In this document: piece after piece, positions 36,694 through 47,226 of the stretch
Layout of the letters: each line of letters begins with the position of its first letter
Numbering within the stretch: position 1 is the stretch's first letter
NCBI GenBank assembly: GCA_002420305.1
Contig: DIHT01000133.1
Span: 2,261 to 66,260, forward strand
Reading direction: 5' to 3'
DNA: 64,000 bases
Origin: Akkermansiaceae bacterium UBA5689
GTDB lineage: Bacteria > Verrucomicrobiota > Verrucomicrobiia > Verrucomicrobiales > Akkermansiaceae
The notes under the pieces: model-generated
Database searches by the model: none
What the model was told of the DNA's origin: nothing
The model's input: only the letters and a program-made list of their open reading frames with translations
Translations under genes and position numbers: made by a program

Positions 36694-37065
36694 GTGAAAA
36701 TCGTCATAACAGGTCTTATCGTGGGATTGGCCGCAGGATTGGCTGGAGCTCTTTGCGGAGTGGGCGGAGGAATTCTCATGGTTCCCGCTTTTGTCCTCGC
36801 TCTCGGAATGGGCCAGAAGCACGCAGTTGCAACATCGCTGGCAGTCGTGGTGGTGACCGCGCTGGCTGGGACAGCAAATCACGTCTTCAGGAAAAGTGAC
36901 CTGATTGACTGGAGGCTCGTTGCCTGCACGGCCGTGGGTGCGGCAGTAGCGGCGTGGTATGGAACGGAGCTTATGAGAAACATGAGCAATCAGCAGCTCA
37001 CCCGGATCTTCGGGATCCTCCTAATTCTCGTAGGAGCGCGAATGCTGATGCTTAAGACGGCCTAG
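36694..37065 (+). CDS. TauE/SafE (TSUP) family membrane protein, half-size
   Basis: 123 aa, GTG start, 4 TM. Motif GALCGVGGGILMVPAFVLALGMGQKHAVATS. The 3' end overlaps the convergent gltA stop by 4 nt. Confidence 0.55.
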   Translation: MKIVITGLIVGLAAGLAGALCGVGGGILMVPAFVLALGMGQKHAVATSLAVVVVTALAGTANHVFRKSDLIDWRLVACTAVGAAVAAWYGTELMRNMSNQQLTRIFGILLILVGARMLMLKTA

Positions 37066-38192
37066 CGCTCGGAGATTGGGGGAACCGGGGAAAGCTCCTG
37101 AGGCCCGACATACTCGGTAAGAGGGCGGTAAAGACGATTGTCCTCCAGCTGCTCCATGACTTGTGCGGTCCATCCGCTGGTTCGGGCAATGGCGAAGATG
37201 GGGGTAAAAAGATCCGTGGGAAGCCCCAGCGAATAGTAGACGGTAGCAGAGTAGAAATCGACATTGGCATTCAATCCCTTCCGCTCCTCCATGAGCTGGG
37301 CGATGCGTTCTGACATTTGCACCCACTTTGGTTCTCCGAGCTCCTCGGTCAACTTGCGAGCCATACGCTTCAAATGAGGAGCGCGTGGATCGAGAACTTT
37401 GTAGATCCTGTGCCCGATACCCATGATCTTGCGTTTGTTTGCAAGGGCATCCTCAATGTAGGCGTCTACCTTGTCCACGGACCCAATCTCCTCGAGCATT
37501 TTAATGACGCCTTCATTCGCACCTCCATGCAGAGGGCCCTTCAAAGTGCCAATCGCGGATGTGATAGCAGAATAAAAGTCCGAAAGGGTCGCAACAGTAA
37601 CGCGAGCCGAGAAGGTAGAAGCGTTCATCCCGTGATCAGCATGGAGTATATATGCAACGTCGAGGGTTTTGGTGGCCTGCTCTCCGGGCTCCTCTCCTGT
37701 GTAGAGGTAGATGAAATGACCTGCTTCCGAGAGGTCTTCGCGAATAGGAGGGAGCTCAAGTCCCTGCCTGGCGCGGTGAAAATAGGCTACGATGGTTCCT
37801 ACCTGAGCGCACAAGGACATGGCGACCTCCCGGTTTGCCGCATGGTCGGGCTCGCCGATATTTGCCCGATCGTCGTAAAGCCCAAGCATTGAGACCGCAG
37901 TTCGCAAAACGTCCATGGGTCCGGCGCCTTTTGGAGCGGCCTTGAGGTAGTCAATGACCCCCTGAGGAATCGCCCGCCTGCTGGCCAGATCCTGCTTGAA
38001 TGCCTCCAGTTCAGAGAGCGTTGGTAGTTTCCGATGGTAAAGAAGGTAGACCACTTCCTCGTAGCAACAATGCTCTACGAGGTCATCGATGTGATAGCCG
38101 AGGTAGGAGAGGCGGCCCTCAAGGCCTTCGACGTTTGAGAGAACAGATTCGTTGGCGGTAACTCCTTCGAGGCCTTTGGCGTAATCGGACAC
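37062..38192 (-). CDS. gltA: Citrate synthase (about 376-aa type)
   Basis: Motifs LKGPLHGGANEGV, MGIGHRIYKVLDPRA, VDFYSA. Confidence 0.9.
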   Translation of the reverse strand: MSDYAKGLEGVTANESVLSNVEGLEGRLSYLGYHIDDLVEHCCYEEVVYLLYHRKLPTLSELEAFKQDLASRRAIPQGVIDYLKAAPKGAGPMDVLRTAVSMLGLYDDRANIGEPDHAANREVAMSLCAQVGTIVAYFHRARQGLELPPIREDLSEAGHFIYLYTGEEPGEQATKTLDVAYILHADHGMNASTFSARVTVATLSDFYSAITSAIGTLKGPLHGGANEGVIKMLEEIGSVDKVDAYIEDALANKRKIMGIGHRIYKVLDPRAPHLKRMARKLTEELGEPKWVQMSERIAQLMEERKGLNANVDFYSATVYYSLGLPTDLFTPIFAIARTSGWTAQVMEQLEDNRLYRPLTEYVGPQELSPVPPISER

Positions 38193-38366
38193 AGATCAAA
38201 TTGGGGATAGAAAATGTATGGCAGTCTCCCGGAACGGGACGATGCGCTCCGAGAAAAAAGCGGTCCAGACCGCAACGTGCAAGATGTAATGGATGAAGAT
38301 TTCGAATCGTTTCTTGATTGGAGACTTTCCGGTGAAGTCTACCATCAGGACGTGGGAGCGGTTTAC

Positions 38367-39020
38367 ATGATTGCGATAGAGACAAGCAGTAGCCGGGGAT
38401 CGGTGGCTCTTGCTCGGGGGCGCGAGGTCATCCGGTCCTTGGAATTTGAGGCCTCGAGACGGCCCTCAGAGCTTCTAATGGAGCCCCTTGGGGAGATTTT
38501 GGATCTCGTTGGGGAGGGGAGGATAGCGCTGGTTGTCGTTGGTACCGGGCCAGGCAGTTACAATGGCGCAAGGGTAGGAATTGCAGCAGGACAGGGTATA
38601 GGGATTGTCCATCGGTGCCCTACGGTTGGAATTTGCTCTCTGGAGGGCCTGCCGACGGTCCGAACCGGAGAGAGGTGTGTTGCCCTGAGTGATGCCAGAA
38701 GGGGCACATTTTGTAGTATCGATCTCAATAGGGGGAGGGTCTCTGCTGCTCCGGTCCTCTCTGAACACCTCCAGTTCGAAAAGAGGGCCCGGGTGGCAGC
38801 GGAGTATGGGGAGATCTTGGTGACATTGGATGAGGTGAGCCGCCTCGGGCTAAGCGAATACCAGATTCGTCCGGAGCTCCCCTCAGCGGCGTTCCTTCTT
38901 GAGTCGTGGCTGGGCCGGACAGATGAAGAGCAGGAGGAACTGGCTAGTGTCCCCCCCCAGCCTTTTTACCTGCGGCCCCCCCATATTACGAAACCGAAGG
39001 AAACCTTGGGGGGAGAGTAA
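38367..39020 (+). CDS. tsaB: tRNA t6A37 biosynthesis protein TsaB (YeaZ)
   Basis: ORF 38214.. trimmed to ATG 38367 (MIAIETSSSRGSVALARG). GTGPGSYNGARVGIAAGQG. Confidence 0.8.
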   Translation: MIAIETSSSRGSVALARGREVIRSLEFEASRRPSELLMEPLGEILDLVGEGRIALVVVGTGPGSYNGARVGIAAGQGIGIVHRCPTVGICSLEGLPTVRTGERCVALSDARRGTFCSIDLNRGRVSAAPVLSEHLQFEKRARVAAEYGEILVTLDEVSRLGLSEYQIRPELPSAAFLLESWLGRTDEEQEELASVPPQPFYLRPPHITKPKETLGGE

Positions 39021-39096
39021 GGAATCGCGCCGGGGCAATTCGGGCAGCTCATGTTTCGGAGCAGGCCAACCTGTTGCTAAGCGCTTGAGCCAGAGC

Positions 39097-40851
39097 TCAG
39101 GACCAGAGTTTGATGGCCTTCATGAGATTGGACTCTTGCTCCCTGCAGGGAGCACCGTTCCCATAGGTGATAGAATAATGATATCGCAGGAGCTCCTTTG
39201 CGAAGTCGGGCTCTTGGTCGCGCTCTGCAAGGGAGTGCAACTGCTGCCGCAGAGTGCGGCTGGGAGGCATGGGGTAACCGTGCTCCCGGCAGGCTTGTCG
39301 GAACCTGGTGAGATAACCCGGCGCGTTCGGAAGGAGGCCCTCTGACACTAATTGCGCCCCTTTTGGTGATCTTCGCCGAAGGCGGAGCAGAACCAGGCAC
39401 ACAGGAAGGAGACCAAGCCCCGCGCTGAGGGCGAGATAGGTCCAGAGGCTTCTGGCGCGGTCTTGGGCGGCGGCGGAAGAATCCAAATCGAGGAGGTCGT
39501 TTTCCATCAGCGGCAAAGGATCGTTGGCGTCGGCAAGATCAAGTGGGGTTCTTGCTCCGGGAGGCGTGGTGTCGAAGACAACCCAGCCTACGTCCTCGAG
39601 ATAAATCTCGGTCCAAGCGTGGGCCTCACTGGCGCGGAACATCAGGTATCCAGGCCCCTCATACCACTTGCCCCCGCTCCAACCATAGGCAATACGAGAA
39701 GGGATATTCAGGGCTCTGCAGAGGAGAGCGCCAGCGGTAGCAAAGAACTCGCAATGGCCTCGTTTCTCGTCCCTTAAGAAATTCAGAACGGGATCGATTC
39801 CCTTGGGGTTTTCGATCTCGAGGGAATACTGGAAATTCTGCCAGAGAAGGTTCCGCAGGCCGACCAGCCGCGAAGCGGCATCGCCGAGCGTCTTACTGGA
39901 AAGATTGATGATTTCATCGCGGAGCTCTTCGCTGGATGGAAGTTGTAAGCGTGGAGAGTCCTCAGGGAGATCAGGAAACCTGAGGTTTGGGAGCTCGCCG
40001 GATTCTAGAAGACCGGTCAGGGTGACGGTTTTTGCCGCTACCTCGTAAGTGTATCCCTTCTCGGGATTCTTCGCAGGGTTGAGGCGAAAAATGCCTGGGT
40101 CCACGTGCCGGAGCTGCGGCACCCAGCCTTGGGTCGCTCCCTGTGGGGCGGTGAAGAGGTCTTCTCCACGGGGGTGGGAGGCTTGGATAATTTCTCCCCT
40201 GAGCAGGGGGCCGGGACGAGTTTCCGGTTGGCTCAGATTGACCCTGCCGCCCTCGTCAGGGGTGAGCAAAGCGGGAGGCATTCCAACGGGAGTCCATGTT
40301 GCGGCATCAAACCGCTCCAGTGCGAAGGCTCGAAGGTATGCCCTGCTGCGGAGAAGGAATCCGGTTGTTGAAGGGTCCCGCGGGCGGAAAAAAATCTCGG
40401 GTTTGTTTGAGGGGCGGGCGTTGCTGGTGAGGGGAAGGGGACGGCGCCCTTTCGTATCCCAGAGCCAGTTTCCGGAAATACTGCTCCCGTGTGAGGAAAG
40501 ATCCTCGTCGGAGCTACTTTGAGTAGCCTCGCGCCCTTGAACGGAGAGCGACTCTGAAAGACGCAGCGAGAGGGATTCGGCGTGGGATGGGATCACAGTA
40601 AGGAAGCACAGGAAGAGGCACTCAATGCTCAAGATGCCAAGGCCGACAGCGAGGTAATCGGACCACGAAGGTCGCCGGAGAGATCGAGCAACACTGCCTG
40701 CCGGTCGTGCCCGACGTTGCCAAAGGCCAATTCCGAGGACGAGGACAAGGACGGCCAGACAGTTGCGGAGGACAGGATGCAGTTCTTCTGGCAAGCCGCG
40801 AAGCAGGGCGTAGGCGGCGACGACTGTGAGAGCGAGGAAGATGCTGCGCAT
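39097..40851 (-). CDS. Membrane transglutaminase-like protein (TgpA-like: N-terminal TM bundle plus transglutaminase core)
   Basis: ORF 39097..41034. Start placed at ATG 40851 (MRSIFLALTVVAAYALL), just after the DUF58 stop. Core motif RGHCEFFATAGALLCRALNIPSRIAYGW and HAWTEIY…GWVVFDTTP (Cys-His-Asp). C-terminal TM. Confidence 0.8.
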   Translation of the reverse strand: MRSIFLALTVVAAYALLRGLPEELHPVLRNCLAVLVLVLGIGLWQRRARPAGSVARSLRRPSWSDYLAVGLGILSIECLFLCFLTVIPSHAESLSLRLSESLSVQGREATQSSSDEDLSSHGSSISGNWLWDTKGRRPLPLTSNARPSNKPEIFFRPRDPSTTGFLLRSRAYLRAFALERFDAATWTPVGMPPALLTPDEGGRVNLSQPETRPGPLLRGEIIQASHPRGEDLFTAPQGATQGWVPQLRHVDPGIFRLNPAKNPEKGYTYEVAAKTVTLTGLLESGELPNLRFPDLPEDSPRLQLPSSEELRDEIINLSSKTLGDAASRLVGLRNLLWQNFQYSLEIENPKGIDPVLNFLRDEKRGHCEFFATAGALLCRALNIPSRIAYGWSGGKWYEGPGYLMFRASEAHAWTEIYLEDVGWVVFDTTPPGARTPLDLADANDPLPLMENDLLDLDSSAAAQDRARSLWTYLALSAGLGLLPVCLVLLRLRRRSPKGAQLVSEGLLPNAPGYLTRFRQACREHGYPMPPSRTLRQQLHSLAERDQEPDFAKELLRYHYSITYGNGAPCREQESNLMKAIKLWS

Positions 40852-40891
40852 TCGAGTGTTCCCGGTCAGCCGGGCAGGACAAGAGGTTTGC

Positions 40892-42007
40892 TCATGGGGC
40901 GGGGCTACGAACCTTAAGAGTTCTTGCCCCATAGTTATGCTGGCGAATGTCCACACTGATGGCAGGCCTCCTCGGGAGAGTATCGGCCCAAGATTCCTTA
41001 GGCATATCGGAGATGATAATGAGGGAGTCCTCATCCGCGATCCGCTCCATGATTGGAATTAGGTCATGAGCTTCGGTGTCATGCCGGCGTTGTGCCCGAG
41101 TCAGTGAGACAAGGAGGTTGCCGAAACTACTCCTGGAGCTCACGGGAAGAGGGTCCCATTGATTAAAATCAGCGAGAAAGGTTGTCGGGATGCCATGTTG
41201 ACGAAGGTGACGCAGTGTCCCGCACGCGAGCGAGAGGGCCCATTCGAAGCGGTCTGCGCGGATCAATTGACCCGACATGCCAAAGGAGTGGAAAAGCACG
41301 ACGCAATGTCTGGGGTAGAAGCCCGGGGGGTCATTCTCGCGAACCCGCAGGCCCCTGCACCGGGTGAATGAGCGTGCGGAGGCAGGCCAGTGGATGTGTT
41401 TGGCTGGGTCTCCCGCCTGCCAAGGGCGGATTCCTCGCGGCTCCCCGGGGGCTTGGCCAGAGGTGATGCCGGGTAGCAGGGAGGCATCATGGAGGGATCC
41501 CTGAGTGGAAAGCTCCCGCGGAGTCAGCGGCCGGGGGAAAACAAGAATCTCGTGAGAGATCAACCCGGAGGCTTTCAGGGAAAAGAGGCCGAGGGGCATG
41601 GTCGTTTTCAGAGAATACTCGTGTTCAGAAAGGGCGCTGCGCCCGGGAATTGTTCCCCGTAGATGGACCTCTGAAGCGGAACCAGCTGCAGTCCAGGGGG
41701 CAAAGCTCCGGATTTCGACCTGCCCGGCAAGCCTGAGAGCGATCCTGATCTGGAAAGCGTCCAGAACACTACGCTCGTTATGGAGGAGAACCCTCAGATC
41801 AAAAGGGTGATCAGCATAGACTCTTGTCGGCGCCCGGAGACTGAGCGAAAGGGAGGCAAGATTTTTCCGGACGAGGAACCAGGCTCCTGCGAGCAGGAGG
41901 CCTCCACTCAATCCGAGGGTGATGAGAATGCCGTCCGATCGAACCCCCCCGAGGGTTATCAGAGCGAGGGAGGCCCCGAGGAGGATGGCACCGCGGCGGG
42001 TCAGCAT
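40892..42007 (-). CDS. DUF58 domain protein (vWA-like, MoxR partner)
   Basis: 371 aa. Two N-terminal TM segments. Motif GDPAKHIHWPASARS…LRVRE. Confidence 0.75.
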   Translation of the reverse strand: MLTRRGAILLGASLALITLGGVRSDGILITLGLSGGLLLAGAWFLVRKNLASLSLSLRAPTRVYADHPFDLRVLLHNERSVLDAFQIRIALRLAGQVEIRSFAPWTAAGSASEVHLRGTIPGRSALSEHEYSLKTTMPLGLFSLKASGLISHEILVFPRPLTPRELSTQGSLHDASLLPGITSGQAPGEPRGIRPWQAGDPAKHIHWPASARSFTRCRGLRVRENDPPGFYPRHCVVLFHSFGMSGQLIRADRFEWALSLACGTLRHLRQHGIPTTFLADFNQWDPLPVSSRSSFGNLLVSLTRAQRRHDTEAHDLIPIMERIADEDSLIIISDMPKESWADTLPRRPAISVDIRQHNYGARTLKVRSPAP

Positions 42008-42096
42008 GGGTAGTAAGCTCGGGAGAGGGTTCGAGGATGTTTTAGATCTTGGTGCGGTAAAGCGGGGTGTTGCTTAACGAGGATCAGACGGGCTCT

Positions 42097-43017
42097 TCAG
42101 GGGACAGGGGTCTGATCCAGAGCGGCGTCGAGAAGGGGATCTGGGTCCAAGGTGTCATCGGTCAAAAGTCGATGACGGAGAACGTGGGGATAGACCGCCT
42201 GCACGTGATCGGGGTGAACAGCGCTCTGGCCCTCAAGAAGTGCAAACGCGCGCGCGGCAGACTGGAGCGCCAGAGTGCCGCGGACGGAGATTGCATGGTC
42301 CTGACCGGTAAGAGACCTCGCTGTCTGGCAGAGGGCGAGAAGGTAGCGCTGAAGGTTGTCTGAGATCGGAACTTCCGTGACCTCTTCCTGAAGGATGGTG
42401 AGATCTTCAATGGAGAGCACGGGGTGGGGGGCCTGTTCTGAGGGGGAGGGAGGCCCACTTCCATGAAGTTTCAGAATGGCGAGCTGGCACTCCTCGGAAG
42501 GCAGTGCCATTGGAATCGAAAGAAGGAATCTGTCCAGCTGTGGCTCCGGAAGAGGGAATGTCCCGGTGGAGGAGGTGTCATTCTGGGTTGCCACTACGAG
42601 GAAGGGGTCGGGAAGTTTTTTAGTTTCTCCGTCCACGGACACTTGCCGCTCGTTCATGGATTCAAGGAGAGCCGACTGCGTCCGGGGTGAAGCCCGATTG
42701 ATTTCGTCGGCGAGAAGAAGGTTGGAGAACACGGGCCCTGGGATAAAATCAAAGTCGCCACTCTGCTGCCGGTAAAGATTGTAACCAATGATATCCGAAG
42801 GAAGCAGGTCCGGCGTAAATTGAAGCCGCTTGAACATTCCGCCGAGAGACATCGCAAGGGTTGAGGCAAGGGATGTTTTTCCAATCCCCGGGGGACCTGT
42901 CACAAGCGCGTGGCCGCGCGCGAGAAGGGCGGTGAGGAGCAGGTCCGCTGCACGCTCCGACCCTAGAATTGTCTCATTGAGCGTTGCCCGGAGGGTCTGT
43001 AGAGAAGCTTGGAGCAC
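42097..43017 (-). CDS. MoxR-family AAA+ ATPase
   Basis: 306 aa, GTG start. Walker A GPPGIGKTSLA, Walker B LLADEINRASPRTQSALLE. VVATQN. Confidence 0.9.
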   Translation of the reverse strand: MLQASLQTLRATLNETILGSERAADLLLTALLARGHALVTGPPGIGKTSLASTLAMSLGGMFKRLQFTPDLLPSDIIGYNLYRQQSGDFDFIPGPVFSNLLLADEINRASPRTQSALLESMNERQVSVDGETKKLPDPFLVVATQNDTSSTGTFPLPEPQLDRFLLSIPMALPSEECQLAILKLHGSGPPSPSEQAPHPVLSIEDLTILQEEVTEVPISDNLQRYLLALCQTARSLTGQDHAISVRGTLALQSAARAFALLEGQSAVHPDHVQAVYPHVLRHRLLTDDTLDPDPLLDAALDQTPVP

Positions 43018-43149
43018 ATGGATGAGTTACCTCGTAACAGCCCGGGGGAAAATCGGAAACTTACGGGAGGGACACAGCCCCACAGAGAGCGACGGGGAGT
43101 TAAGCGGCTTTAAAGTACTGTTTTTTCGGGAAAGATCGTTCTCAAGGCC

Positions 43150-43734
43150 CTATTCCCGGTTAATTTCTACGGCAATCTTGGCAATGGCGGCCGGGTAAAT
43201 CTTGTGTTCCTCGCCCTGAATCCTGGCGTGGAGAGAGCCCGGGGTATCATCGGGATGAACAGGGACTCTGGCTTGGGCGATAATGGGGCCGGTGTCCATT
43301 CCTGTATCGACATAATGGACGGTGCACCCGCTCTGACGAGCTCCCGCCTCTACAGCCTGGGCCCATGCGTCGAGGCCGGGAAAATCGGGGAGAAGAGAAG
43401 GGTGAATATTGATGATTCGCCCGGGAAAGGCATCGAGAAGAGGAGGCCGGAGGAGTCGCATGAACCCCGCGAGGCAAATCAATTCTACCCCAGCCTGTTT
43501 GAGAATGTCCGCGGTTTCTCTCTGCGCGTCCTCCGGAAACTTGGAGTGGAGGCCCCTGCAGTCGATCAGCCCCGTGGGTAATCCTGCCTGTGCCGCTCTC
43601 TTGAGAATATAGGCATGCGGAATATCGCTGAGGACCATGACGATTTCAGCTTCCAACTTACCATCTTGGATAGCATCGAGGATGGCTTGCATATTGGAGC
43701 CAAAGCCGGAGCCCAGAATACCGAGACGAATCAC
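43150..43734 (-). CDS. purN: Phosphoribosylglycinamide formyltransferase
   Basis: 194 aa. LGILGSGFGSN, IINIHPSLLP, GCTVHYVD. Confidence 0.9.
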   Translation of the reverse strand: MIRLGILGSGFGSNMQAILDAIQDGKLEAEIVMVLSDIPHAYILKRAAQAGLPTGLIDCRGLHSKFPEDAQRETADILKQAGVELICLAGFMRLLRPPLLDAFPGRIINIHPSLLPDFPGLDAWAQAVEAGARQSGCTVHYVDTGMDTGPIIAQARVPVHPDDTPGSLHARIQGEEHKIYPAAIAKIAVEINRE

Positions 43735-44066
43735 CCCGGAAGGCTAGGAGCGGATGCTCCGTGAGACAAGCGCAGGTAGTCAATCCAGTGTTCAGGGGGC
43801 CCATTTTATCAGGCTTGAGGGTTGGGCGGTGCTCTCCTTTCACTTGCTCAGATTAAAGAAGGGCGGCATAGTGCGGAGGCTTTGAGTATGGCAAAATCCA
43901 TGGTCATGGACCTCGGCGGCTTGTTGCCGCCATGCTTCATGGAGACGGCACCCGACCTGGTAGGATTTTCCAGCACCTTCAGGGTTCTGTCGCCCGAAGA
44001 GGTCTTGAGCAACAGTTGCTGACTTTGTTGGCACTAAAATGATAATTTCCCCAAGCTCCCGGAAGT

Positions 44067-45167
44067 ATGCACGACCCCCGTATTGATCAGCTCGCAGGGC
44101 AACTAGTTCGCCACTCCACTAACCTCAAGAGGGGCGAAAAAGTTCTCATTGACCTTTATGATGTCCCGGAAGAAGTGGGGATCGCCTTAGTCCGCGAGGC
44201 GCGCCGGCGTGGCGCAGTTCCGTTCGTGGCGATGAATTCTATGCGGGTTGCACGGGAGCTCTTGGTGGGCGCCACGGATGAACAGTATCGGCTGACGGCC
44301 AAGCACCGGATGGCCGAAATGCGGGATATGAATGCTTATATTGCTGTGCGAGGGAGCCACAATATCGCGGAATTGAGTGATGTGCCTCCAGGGCGAATGG
44401 ATCTGGCTCAGGGGCATACTCGCAGGGTCCTGCGTCACCGGGTGGAAAAAACAAAGTGGTGCGTATTGCGCTGGCCCCATGCGGCAATGGCCCAGCAGGC
44501 CGGAATGAGCACGGAAGCCTTCGAGGATTTTTACTTTCGGGTTTGCCTTCTGAACTACAAGGCCATGAAGCCTGCGATGAACGCCCTGGGCCGTCTGATG
44601 ACAAAAACCGAGCGCGTTCATATCAAGGGCCCGGGGACCGATCTGGAATTTTCGATCAAGGATATTCCCGCGATTCCCTGTGGCGGTGAATGCAACATTC
44701 CTGATGGGGAGTGTTTTACCGCTCCGGTCAAGAACTCGGTCAATGGGGTCATTACGCACAATGCCGCGACGATTTATAATGGGATCCCATTTGATGGTAT
44801 CAGGTTGGAATTTGAGAACGGCAAGATCGTAAACGCAGAGGCAGAAGGCAAAAACCGGGAGATTAACAAGATACTCGATGCAGATGAAGGCGCGCGCTAT
44901 ATCGGGGAATTTGCCTTGGGGTTTAATCCGGAAATCCGTGAGCCCATGCGTGATATACTGTTTGATGAAAAAATTGCCGGGTCCTTCCATTTCACCCCCG
45001 GGCAGGCCTATGACGAGGCCAGCAATGGCAACAAGTCAAAGGTGCACTGGGACATGGTGAGTATCCAGCGCAGCGATCATGGAGGTGGCGAGATCTGGTT
45101 TGATGGTAAGCTGGTCCGAAAAGATGGAAAGTTTCTGCCGAAGTCCCTCCATGGTCTAAACTGGTAG
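44067..45167 (+). CDS. M29-family aminopeptidase (AmpS/PepS-like)
   Basis: 366 aa. N-terminal [21 protein letters not shown]. Later EFALGFNP and HWDMV, typical of thermophilic metalloprotease M29. Confidence 0.75.
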   Translation: MHDPRIDQLAGQLVRHSTNLKRGEKVLIDLYDVPEEVGIALVREARRRGAVPFVAMNSMRVARELLVGATDEQYRLTAKHRMAEMRDMNAYIAVRGSHNIAELSDVPPGRMDLAQGHTRRVLRHRVEKTKWCVLRWPHAAMAQQAGMSTEAFEDFYFRVCLLNYKAMKPAMNALGRLMTKTERVHIKGPGTDLEFSIKDIPAIPCGGECNIPDGECFTAPVKNSVNGVITHNAATIYNGIPFDGIRLEFENGKIVNAEAEGKNREINKILDADEGARYIGEFALGFNPEIREPMRDILFDEKIAGSFHFTPGQAYDEASNGNKSKVHWDMVSIQRSDHGGGEIWFDGKLVRKDGKFLPKSLHGLNW

Positions 45168-45267
45168 GAGTTGGATCTTGGGGGGAACGAGCGGTCAGCT
45201 GGATAGGGGAAGAAGGCCCGTCGAATCGCCTTGGAAATAGTAAGGAAACCTGAAACGTTCAGGTCTG

Positions 45268-46701
45268 ATGCTTCGACCGGTAGTTGTATGGGCGCTCCTT
45301 GTCTGCAGTTCATTGGCCCAGAGCTACGTCGGAAGCAGGGAGAAAGCGCCGGCTCCCGACCGAGAATTTCGGGCGGCGTGGATCGCCTGCGTCTACAACA
45401 TTGACTGGCCTTCGAGAAAGGGACTGAGCGCCCAGCGGCAGCAGGCCGAGCTGACCCGGATTCTCGACCGGATGGCGTCATTGCGGATGAACGCAGTGAT
45501 TTTCCAGGTGCGCCCCCAAGCGGATGCCCTATATCGATCGCGGATTGAGCCTTGGTCCCCGTGGCTCACAGGCACTATGGGAAGAGATCCGGGCTACGAT
45601 CCGCTCGCTTACTGTATTAAGCAGGCCCACGCTCGCAATATCGAGGTTCATGCATGGTTTAATCCATTTCGGGCAACGCCTCACAGGGACCATCAGGTTT
45701 CTCCAGATCACGTTTCGCGGACCCACCCCTCAATTATACGCGACTTCAAGCTCCACCGGTGGATGGACCCGGCGAGCAGCTTTACGAGGCGCCGGGCCTT
45801 GGACGTCATAGCCGATGTAGTGAGGCGTTACGACGTAGACGGAATCCATATTGACGATTATTTCTACCCTTATCCCGATCTTGTCAAAGGACGGCCAACC
45901 CCTGACTTTCCAGATGGCAAGACCCCTTCGCAGCGGCGGGTTTATGTGGACTCCTTCGTGCGGGGCATGTATTCGAAGGTGAAGGGGATCAAGCCATGGG
46001 TGCGCGTTGGGATCAGCCCTTTTGGAATCTGGAAGCCAGGAGTCCCCCAGGGAACTATGGCTCATATTAACGCCTATGAACATCTGGCTGCAGACTCCCG
46101 GAAGTGGCTGGCTTCAGGGTGGTGTGATTACCTTTCTCCCCAGCTCTACTGGCGGATCAAAGGGCCTCAGAGTTTTCCTGTGCTCCTTGAATGGTGGCGA
46201 GCTCAGGGCGTCCGTCCGGTGTGGCCCGGACTAGCGACAGCACGTATCAAGTCCACCGAGGATCCAGGTCGGCCTGCCAGCGAAATGGTGAACCAGTTAC
46301 GGCTCTCTCGTAGTGTAGGCCGAAATTACGCTGGGCATGTTCATTGGAGCGCGAAGTCCATTATGGAAAATCGAGGGGGAATTACCACGGCATTAAGCAA
46401 GAGTATCTACACTCACCCTGCCCTCGTGCCACCCATGCCGTGGCTAAGCAAGACGAGGCCTCAGGCGCCGCGGGTGCGTGCGAGCACGAGTAAAGGATTG
46501 ACCCTTCTGCAATGGTCCAAGGTTTCGTCTGCCACTAAGTATGTTGTCCAAGCCCGTTACGGCTCCAGTTGGAACACTTACGCCGTGACACATGGGTCCC
46601 GTCTGAATGTGAGCCTTAGGGGCTCTCCAGATGCTATTGCGGTTAGCAGTGTAGATCGCTACGGGATCGCTTCGGATGCGAACGTCGTGGGGCGGCGATA
46701 G
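45268..46701 (+). CDS. Glycoside-hydrolase-like GHL10 (DUF187/YngK) family protein
   Basis: Signal peptide. Motif EFRAAWIACVYNIDWPS … MNAVIFQVRP … HAWFNPFR … GIHIDDYFYP. Confidence 0.75.
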   Translation: MLRPVVVWALLVCSSLAQSYVGSREKAPAPDREFRAAWIACVYNIDWPSRKGLSAQRQQAELTRILDRMASLRMNAVIFQVRPQADALYRSRIEPWSPWLTGTMGRDPGYDPLAYCIKQAHARNIEVHAWFNPFRATPHRDHQVSPDHVSRTHPSIIRDFKLHRWMDPASSFTRRRALDVIADVVRRYDVDGIHIDDYFYPYPDLVKGRPTPDFPDGKTPSQRRVYVDSFVRGMYSKVKGIKPWVRVGISPFGIWKPGVPQGTMAHINAYEHLAADSRKWLASGWCDYLSPQLYWRIKGPQSFPVLLEWWRAQGVRPVWPGLATARIKSTEDPGRPASEMVNQLRLSRSVGRNYAGHVHWSAKSIMENRGGITTALSKSIYTHPALVPPMPWLSKTRPQAPRVRASTSKGLTLLQWSKVSSATKYVVQARYGSSWNTYAVTHGSRLNVSLRGSPDAIAVSSVDRYGIASDANVVGRR

Positions 46702-46823
46702 AGAATGAGAGGATGCATGGCTACCGGGGATTGGCCCTTCCTCTATCCGCGGCGGGGAAAATAGATTGCCTAAAGCTGATATTTAAGAGAAATTAAAACG
46801 TTCGCTCAACAAAGCTCCTTCTA

Positions 46824-47030
46824 ATGAACCTCCGCTTCTTCGTCACCTCAGTAGGAGCCCTGATTCTGGCATGGTTGGCACTAACCTTTTTCCGGGAAGT
46901 GCCAATGGAAAGCTACCTTCGCCCCTCTCCTTCAAGTGCGATCTCCACCGAGGAAGAATCGCAGGAGAGTATCATCGGAGAGAAGGACCCTGATCAAGTG
47001 GCCGCACACGGGGATGTTGCAGGCAAATAA
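46824..47030 (+). CDS. Small hypothetical membrane-anchored protein
   Basis: 68 aa. One TM (FFVTSVGALILAWLALTFF) and an acidic tail. Coding status unverified. Confidence 0.35.
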   Translation: MNLRFFVTSVGALILAWLALTFFREVPMESYLRPSPSSAISTEEESQESIIGEKDPDQVAAHGDVAGK

Positions 47031-47226
47031 AGAGTGATGGGAGAGCTGTTAGCGGGGGGCATTGACTGGGGCTCCAAGGGAATGGCCCGGGAGACCGCCA
47101 GATCCTAGGCCCCCTGTCCGGATATAGTTTTTGGAAGGGGCCATCTTCTTCCTTGTTTCCTACGGGATGCCGCAGGCAAGATCGCTTCCCGGCAGGTAAT
47201 CACTCAGTCCCTGCTGCCCCTGGACG

